Positions 58,401-64,000 of a DNA stretch of 64,000 nucleotides are shown here, one piece after another. The notes beneath the pieces were generated by a model. It was not told where the DNA came from, did not search any database, and saw nothing but the letters and a program-made list of their open reading frames with translations. The DNA comes from a virus, in IMG/VR virus record IMGVR_UViG_3300031658_000004, positions 2,395 through 66,394 of that record; one strand, written 5' to 3'. A program made the translations under genes and the position numbers. Numbering within the stretch: position 1 is the first letter of the stretch; every line of letters begins with the position of its first letter.

Positions 58401-61400
58401 GGATGGTCTGGGACTATAACGTTACTTAGCCAAATACATAGTGTACAATTCTGGGACCCAACTCTTAATAGTGGAACAGGAGCTTGGATAACTACAAGTT
58501 CTATAAGTGTAGCTGCTCCAAGCATTAATAGTGTGGTATCATGGGATTATGATTGTAATGCAGGAGGAGTACTGGTAGATCATTTTAATAATAACTCTAT
58601 CGATGGAGAATATAGAGTTGTGATTGTGACAACTATGGGGGATGGGACAATATGTACTGCTGAATCAGCTACAACTTATATTGATTTTCCTATTTGTGGG
58701 TGTACAGATCCATTAGCTACAAATTATGATGTAACAAGTACTTGTGGTACTAATACTTGTTTATATCCAGATCCTTGTACGATGTCATTAACTATGACTC
58801 CTAATCTTTGTTATCAGAATAGTTCGGTGGTAACTGTATCTGGAGGTACTGGTCCATTTACGTATGCCTGGTATACACTTCAAAATCCTGGTGTAGTAAC
58901 AGCTACAGGGTCTACACAACATGGTTGGGTTGAAAGTCCTATAGGATCATGGACTACTATACAAGGAATTAATGTTGGGTTTCCTTTTGGTGGGAATGGA
59001 GTTTCAAATAATTTTTATTGTGTAGTTACCGATACTTCAAATGGGTGTCAAGAAACTGTAGGGGTATGGACACCAGTGTACTCTCCTTCCACTACCAGTT
59101 ACATGGTTCATGCTACGGTTGGTGATGCTATGTATTGTCCTAGTAATGGAGTTCCTGCTTGTTGTGGTTCCTATCAATTATATGTAGGAGTAACAACTCC
59201 ACAAGTATCAATATTATCAGTCTCTGTTACCGGACCTAATGGTTATACATCGACTTTATTAGCAGACACCGGCCTTGATGTAGGTACTTATAACTTTTCT
59301 GCTTTAATGAGTAATAATTGTACTTATTCCCATTACTTTGATATTTATGCAGCTCCTCAACTAGAAGGATGTACAGATCCTACCGCTTGTAATTATGATC
59401 CTATGTCTGCTTGTGATGATGGAACGTGTTTTTGGCTTAATTTAACAGCTACTCAACCAACATGTGCAGTATCAACAGGTTCTCTAACAGCAAATATTGT
59501 AACTGCTACGGGTCTCCCAGTTGATTTTCATATATATTGGACTACCCCAACTGGTGTAAACTTTAGTTATCAACCTCTATTACCTGCAAGTAGTTGGCCT
59601 ATAACAGAATCAGGATTATCAACGTTTGGAACATATATTGTTACTGTATGGACTTTCCAATTAGGTATCTGTACTAAAACTATAGATTTAATTGATCCTA
59701 ATCTTATACAGGGATGTATGGATGTATTAGCTAGTAATTATAATGCTGCTGCAAATTGTGACTGTTGTTGTGTATATTGTAATATATCTATAACGGATAC
59801 TATAATTTGTTTGGACAATTCAATATCTCAGGATGGTTCAATTAATCTTGTAGTAATTGGAACCGCTCCTTTTACATTTTCCTGGACTGGACCTGGTGGA
59901 TTTACTTCAACATCACAAAATATTGGAAGTTTAACAACTGCTGGTACGTATACATGTATTGTTACAGATGCTCTTGCTTGCTCTGAAACATATACAGGTG
60001 TTATAATAGATTGTACTCCTTATATAGCCCCAACTATAACCTCTACTATAACGATAGATACATCTTGTCAAGTGTCCATGCAAATACTTACCACAGGAGG
60101 AGGAGCTATAGGACCATCCCAACTTTATTTTATTGATTCTTTAGGTAATTCTGTAGCTGGTAATTCAAGTACTGGTTATTCTATTACTCAGCCTAATCCT
60201 CAGAACACAACGTTTAGCATACAATGTGATGTCGTTGGACAACTTACAAATTCTATAACTAATTCTGGCCCGTGGAATCTTGTCCCAGGTCAGACTTATA
60301 CTCCTGCTATTAATTATACTTTCCCAACTGGTATTACGGGAACTGCTGTAGGTCTTCCTATGGTAGTATCTATGAACGCTGCTATGGTATGTGGTTGTAT
60401 GGATGTAGCAGCAGATAATACTAATGAAGATTGTAGTGGTAATACTGTAGTTCCTACATGTGATGTATGCTGTGTGACCTGCAATAATACTGTAGTATTA
60501 GGCTACGCGCATGGTACATGTGGTAATGGAACTGATGTAACAGCTACTATAGGTAGTGGGTCTGGAACTTATGTTTGGTCTGGTACTCTTAATGGTGCAA
60601 CATCTACTACGAATATTATAACGGGAGTTATAGGTACTGGGCCTGTTACTGTTACATTTACAGATGCTGTAACTGGGTGTGAACATATAGATACATTATC
60701 ATTTACAGATCCTCAGTCTCAAGTAACTTTAGGAGAGACTCATACTTGTGCTAGTAATATAACTGAAGATAATGGGACAATTACTACAACAATAGCACCT
60801 GGTAATCCAGTGTATATATTTTTATGGACAGCTGCTAATGGAGGAGTAGTACCTGTAGGACAGTCTACCCTTCAAAATCTTACAGCTTTAATACCTGGAG
60901 ATTATACACTTGTTATTACAGATAGTTTAGGATGTACTGATACGATTACGGTAATTATTACTAACTGTTGTGTGACAGGATGTACAGATAATATTAATTA
61001 TGCATTTAATTATGATGTGACAAATATATGCACTTGTAATTCTGGTGCACCAAATGATTGTTGTGTGTACCCACTACCTGTTGCTACTTTAACTCAAGGG
61101 GTAACTAATTGTAATAATACAATTTCTTTAAGTGTAACAGATACAAATACAGATGCATTAGCAAATACGGCTAGTGCTACTTTTCAAGTTATACACGATC
61201 CTGCAGGAGTAAATACACTTTTACTTACACCATTACCTGTACCTCCTACTGGAGTAGATACTTATGGGTTTATCTTTGTTGAAGACTGTAGTAATTGGTG
61301 GCAATCTATTGACGGGGATTATGCTATTCAATATGTTATAACCTATTCGAATGGACATACAGAAACTATAATATCACCTACTGTATCTTATACTAGGAGA

Positions 61401-64000
61401 ATTTGTGGGTGTACGGATACAACTGCAACAAATTATAACGCAGCAGCCACTTGTGATGACGGCTCATGTACATACCCTGGAGCTATAACATGTACTTTAT
61501 CTACACTGGTATTTACTGCCGGGTGTAATGAAACTCTTACAATAAATGCTTCTGATTCCAGTTCTAATACTATTGCAAGTTGGCAATATGATTATTTAGA
61601 TCCTTTAAGTACAGTAATATATACTGGTACTGCTACTACTACTATTCTAGTAGACTCACCTCTAGTTGATGGGGCATGTGGTCCAGCCGTGTTTGGATTA
61701 CTTCCAAATACAACATATACTGTTGTTGTAACTGCTACTTATACTAATGGAACTACTGCAACATGTACAACTGCTCCAATAACTACTACAAACTTTATAT
61801 GTGGGTGTACAGATGTTAACTCCCCCAATTATACTGCAGGGGCTACATGTGATGATGGATCATGTACTTATCCTTGTTGTGATACTCCGATCCTACAAGC
61901 TACCGGAAATAATGTTGGTGCATGTAATTTAGAATGGGAGGCTACATTAAACTGTAATACACCTGTAACTAACAATGCAGAGACAGTAGTTACTACATTA
62001 CAATTTTGGGATGGAGCAGCGTGGCAAGTGTCCGATGTAGATACTTATAATCCTACACCTGGTGTTAATGCTATAACAACTCGTACTGTAACCTATAATT
62101 ATACGTGTGTATCTGCAAATACATTTGGTACTTATGGTACTGGTGATTATAGAGCAGTATTTGATATAACTTATGTTGGAGGATCTACGTGTCAATTAAT
62201 AAGCACTCAAAACACAATTACTTTTGGTACTTGTGGGTGTACGGACTCTTCCCCAGGTGCTAACCCAGATATTTATGGGAATGATAGTGCAGGACTTCCA
62301 TGTATTACACCTTGTGGCCTTGGATTTGCAGTTACGACGTATGATCCTCTTGCTATGTGTGATGATGGATCATGTATAACTAGTTCTTGCTGTTCTCCAG
62401 ATACTTTAATTATAGATCCTAATACTCCTGTCTGTGCGCCAGACTTAATCTTTACAGCAACTTGTAATCCGGTTACTGTAGGACATGTTATGAATTGGTA
62501 TAAATGGGATACTGGTACTGCGGCTTGGGTATTACTTACAACTATAACTGTAGCAGCAGCTAATACAAGTCTAACGGAAATATTAGATAATTCCTTCTTA
62601 CATACTACTCCAGGGTCAGAAGTTTATAGGGCAGAGGCAGTAATTACATACTCTGGTACTACCTGTACAATATACTTAGATTATACATACACACCTGAAC
62701 CTCTAGGATGTATGGATTCTACGCCTGGACTTCATCCAGATATAAATGGGGAGAGTAGTCTTGCGATATATGACTGTGCTATATCAAGTACAATTCCTAC
62801 TCTAAGCGTTCCATGTGTTTATCCATGTACTAGTGGGTACACCTCAAGTAATTATGATCCTTGTGTTTTATGTGCAGGACCATGTACTATTACTGATTAT
62901 GTACATAACTGGGAAAAGTGTGGAACCTCTACTATTTATACTTTTGTAGATATAGCTCAAACAGGGGCTGGAAGTGAGAGTAATGATTACTGGATTGCTA
63001 TAGGCTCTCCTTCAAACTTTGCTAATGTTATAAATTATGCTACCGAGTGCTATACATATTTAGGAGTAGGACCTACTCTTGGTACAATTATAAATTATTC
63101 CCCTGCTAATTATTTACTACTAGCTACCTACAATGACTGTACTTCTTGTGATCTAAACTTTCATGAATGGGATTTATGTGTGTGCCCAAGCGCGTGGTCT
63201 AATCCAATAGCCTGGGCAGACTGTGCAGAGGATATAGTTAATATGTTAGGAACTCCTACTTCTACATACCCTCTAGCTAATACCAGTTTTAATAATCAAA
63301 TATTTTATGATTATATAGTAGCTCAAAATGGAGGTCCTATAGCTATCGGAGATGTACTTACTATAAGACATGCATCAAATGCTTATGAATACTGTATCAC
63401 ATATTTAGGACCCCATACAGGTCCTGCCTCAGTTCACCATGGGTATACGACTATGGCAGGTGAGTTGGAGTTAGGAAATGATTTTTATTTTTCTGGGAGT
63501 GCAGATGTCTATGGGGATTGTTCAGCGTGTGCTTTAGCTCCTGATCTTTTCTTAGAATGGACTAAATGTGGTACAACTGATATTTATAATATAGTAGATG
63601 TGGGAGCAGGAGTGACTGCTTTAAATACTATAGCTTGGGTAGGTATTAATAATAATGCGGCCATAATAATGCCTAATGCAACATGGGGACCAACTATTGG
63701 ATCAACAGTTATAAAATTAACTGGTGGAGATTGTTTTACTTTCTCTGGTTATAATACTATTCAGGCAGCCAATGCTACAAGTGAATTGATTGATTCAACT
63801 CCAACTGTTACACTAGAACTAGATTGTACGTCTTGTTTATTAGTACCTGGATGTACGGATCCTACTGCATCTAATTACAACTTTAATTGCGCAGGATTAC
63901 CGGTAGTAGCAACACTTAACGATGGTTGTTGTGTGTATATTAATTCAGGTTGTATGGATGATGGATTACAAACTCAAGCTTATTGGGATGGTACAGAAGT
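55497..64000 (+). CDS. Giant Cys/Thr-rich repeat protein with SprB repeats and GCTD-NY-DDGSC repeats (>2800 aa, 3'-truncated; absent from ORF track)
   Basis: ATG at 55497; repeats at 57531 and 63948 are in the same frame and the track lists no closed ORF there, so the frame appears open to the end; ~14 GC[TM][DN] repeats; SprB-type CYGGTDGTATVNTSGGSGNYTYSW. Confidence 0.85.
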   Translation, partial: MALKNVVVSGGHQNLITTSGYRAIIVSSEITNYIGPVDTVVSVVDLMSGGATTTPVTTTNTSPYDYILLSYNNLGATELTRSIRVTWDDGGYKDFNVKLSPTDLNPVWGTATSGYTDYVSIDGCNSPFQGYRPFTANISYAGTTTTSTKIVNAVAGSNIPQGAFHYTVTIPDASFKDVSITSMSLAHGGPSAFITKGLIGEQHYETLSTFVASGWAGSTLLATTTDDGGAAFDSTVIDIDNQTRMYSTGSGITGNKAPWLHTHHYVNDTPNCPSPLSLCDDSANINWWAYTNTECDGTALPAALIANNLLLGTQGCSACDYYNDNTCTAADCYACSNLSIANSGLVTGVVTQHSCYIYGDITIDVSAATDSTGPIDVYIIPVPNTTINAGVTWTSTSGNDTIGYASITPIAGQIVIDETTSYTANNSIDPGVLTILNIESASTQNNTTVNYTGTPGLPLDAGSYVILLVDSNGCIWKKKPPYLVSTAPTITWSQVQAVPTCGSSDLDMSVTPLGPPANVAAATVTWTGPNGFTHTGTSIPSGIIDCSAPYIATITDVLAGCPPNPLTFNPVYCIPTATVTASPQVVTICETDTTPITFTAVGSVPNWSPSCGTGTYEWRGVGGTPLYSTNAVWGPNSWGSSSAGTYVYEVTYTESCSVSQGGSNCTAVDTVTVIVESRGCTNPVAINYDPAASCDDGSCILCSNLINVSSTTPITCYGGTDGTATVNTSGGSGNYTYSWNTTPVQTTQTIINLPPGALVCTIVDTTTGCYESVVAVVAGMPNISTVLQITHNTCNNNGSIQAIMGGGTGTFTWLWSTGATTQTINNLAAGTYTCQATDSNLCVGTLMTAVVLDNAVYGCTNAASSNYSVSATCDDGSCVVPGCTDDGLQSASWWSDPASNTTGIAYDVITGISTYPMAQPSNYNSLATIDDGSCVYPPAITGCCLTITGFGSGIITNCTLAHSSHLTCGWSGTITLLSQIHSVQFWDPTLNSGTGAWITTSSISVAAPSINSVVSWDYDCNAGGVLVDHFNNNSIDGEYRVVIVTTMGDGTICTAESATTYIDFPICGCTDPLATNYDVTSTCGTNTCLYPDPCTMSLTMTPNLCYQNSSVVTVSGGTGPFTYAWYTLQNPGVVTATGSTQHGWVESPIGSWTTIQGINVGFPFGGNGVSNNFYCVVTDTSNGCQETVGVWTPVYSPSTTSYMVHATVGDAMYCPSNGVPACCGSYQLYVGVTTPQVSILSVSVTGPNGYTSTLLADTGLDVGTYNFSALMSNNCTYSHYFDIYAAPQLEGCTDPTACNYDPMSACDDGTCFWLNLTATQPTCAVSTGSLTANIVTATGLPVDFHIYWTTPTGVNFSYQPLLPASSWPITESGLSTFGTYIVTVWTFQLGICTKTIDLIDPNLIQGCMDVLASNYNAAANCDCCCVYCNISITDTIICLDNSISQDGSINLVVIGTAPFTFSWTGPGGFTSTSQNIGSLTTAGTYTCIVTDALACSETYTGVIIDCTPYIAPTITSTITIDTSCQVSMQILTTGGGAIGPSQLYFIDSLGNSVAGNSSTGYSITQPNPQNTTFSIQCDVVGQLTNSITNSGPWNLVPGQTYTPAINYTFPTGITGTAVGLPMVVSMNAAMVCGCMDVAADNTNEDCSGNTVVPTCDVCCVTCNNTVVLGYAHGTCGNGTDVTATIGSGSGTYVWSGTLNGATSTTNIITGVIGTGPVTVTFTDAVTGCEHIDTLSFTDPQSQVTLGETHTCASNITEDNGTITTTIAPGNPVYIFLWTAANGGVVPVGQSTLQNLTALIPGDYTLVITDSLGCTDTITVIITNCCVTGCTDNINYAFNYDVTNICTCNSGAPNDCCVYPLPVATLTQGVTNCNNTISLSVTDTNTDALANTASATFQVIHDPAGVNTLLLTPLPVPPTGVDTYGFIFVEDCSNWWQSIDGDYAIQYVITYSNGHTETIISPTVSYTRRICGCTDTTATNYNAAATCDDGSCTYPGAITCTLSTLVFTAGCNETLTINASDSSSNTIASWQYDYLDPLSTVIYTGTATTTILVDSPLVDGACGPAVFGLLPNTTYTVVVTATYTNGTTATCTTAPITTTNFICGCTDVNSPNYTAGATCDDGSCTYPCCDTPILQATGNNVGACNLEWEATLNCNTPVTNNAETVVTTLQFWDGAAWQVSDVDTYNPTPGVNAITTRTVTYNYTCVSANTFGTYGTGDYRAVFDITYVGGSTCQLISTQNTITFGTCGCTDSSPGANPDIYGNDSAGLPCITPCGLGFAVTTYDPLAMCDDGSCITSSCCSPDTLIIDPNTPVCAPDLIFTATCNPVTVGHVMNWYKWDTGTAAWVLLTTITVAAANTSLTEILDNSFLHTTPGSEVYRAEAVITYSGTTCTIYLDYTYTPEPLGCMDSTPGLHPDINGESSLAIYDCAISSTIPTLSVPCVYPCTSGYTSSNYDPCVLCAGPCTITDYVHNWEKCGTSTIYTFVDIAQTGAGSESNDYWIAIGSPSNFANVINYATECYTYLGVGPTLGTIINYSPANYLLLATYNDCTSCDLNFHEWDLCVCPSAWSNPIAWADCAEDIVNMLGTPTSTYPLANTSFNNQIFYDYIVAQNGGPIAIGDVLTIRHASNAYEYCITYLGPHTGPASVHHGYTTMAGELELGNDFYFSGSADVYGDCSACALAPDLFLEWTKCGTTDIYNIVDVGAGVTALNTIAWVGINNNAAIIMPNATWGPTIGSTVIKLTGGDCFTFSGYNTIQAANATSELIDSTPTVTLELDCTSCLLVPGCTDPTASNYNFNCAGLPVVATLNDGCCVYINSGCMDDGLQTQAYWDGTE

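Noticed and set aside
57372-62195. Minus-strand ORFs within the giant gene, and other short antisense ORFs across the window
   Set aside because: Shadow frames of well-supported genes on the opposite strand

Overview
This window is a 64-kb segment of an AT-rich crAss-like (Crassvirales-type) phage genome. It uses standard code 11 and the host is probably Bacteroidota/Flavobacteria, judging from TAnnTTTG promoters and SprB repeats. Layout: (i) 1-18767 (+) is the end of the late block, with three giant virion cargo proteins including the DFDID-type virion RNA polymerase, then a tail-fibre/LamG cassette. (ii) 18823-39706 (-) is the early/replication block: PolA, SF2 and DnaB helicases, primase, Sak4-like ATPase, SSB-like proteins, nucleases, a MoxR/vWA module and many small ORFs. 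(iii) From about 39860 to the end (+) come GroES, IHF-like protein, terminase, portal, lytic transglycosylase, scaffold, major capsid protein and an unlisted >2800-aa Cys-rich SprB-repeat protein that runs off the window. The main signals not explained by the ORF track are: a canonical twister ribozyme (37121-37176, -) directly 3' of a ~370-nt highly structured RNA; several other structured non-coding elements and a 3-copy hairpin motif in the early region; and cysteines confined to the facing termini of the three cargo proteins, which suggests a disulfide-linked ejection chain. All family assignments come from motif recognition by eye and no searches were run.
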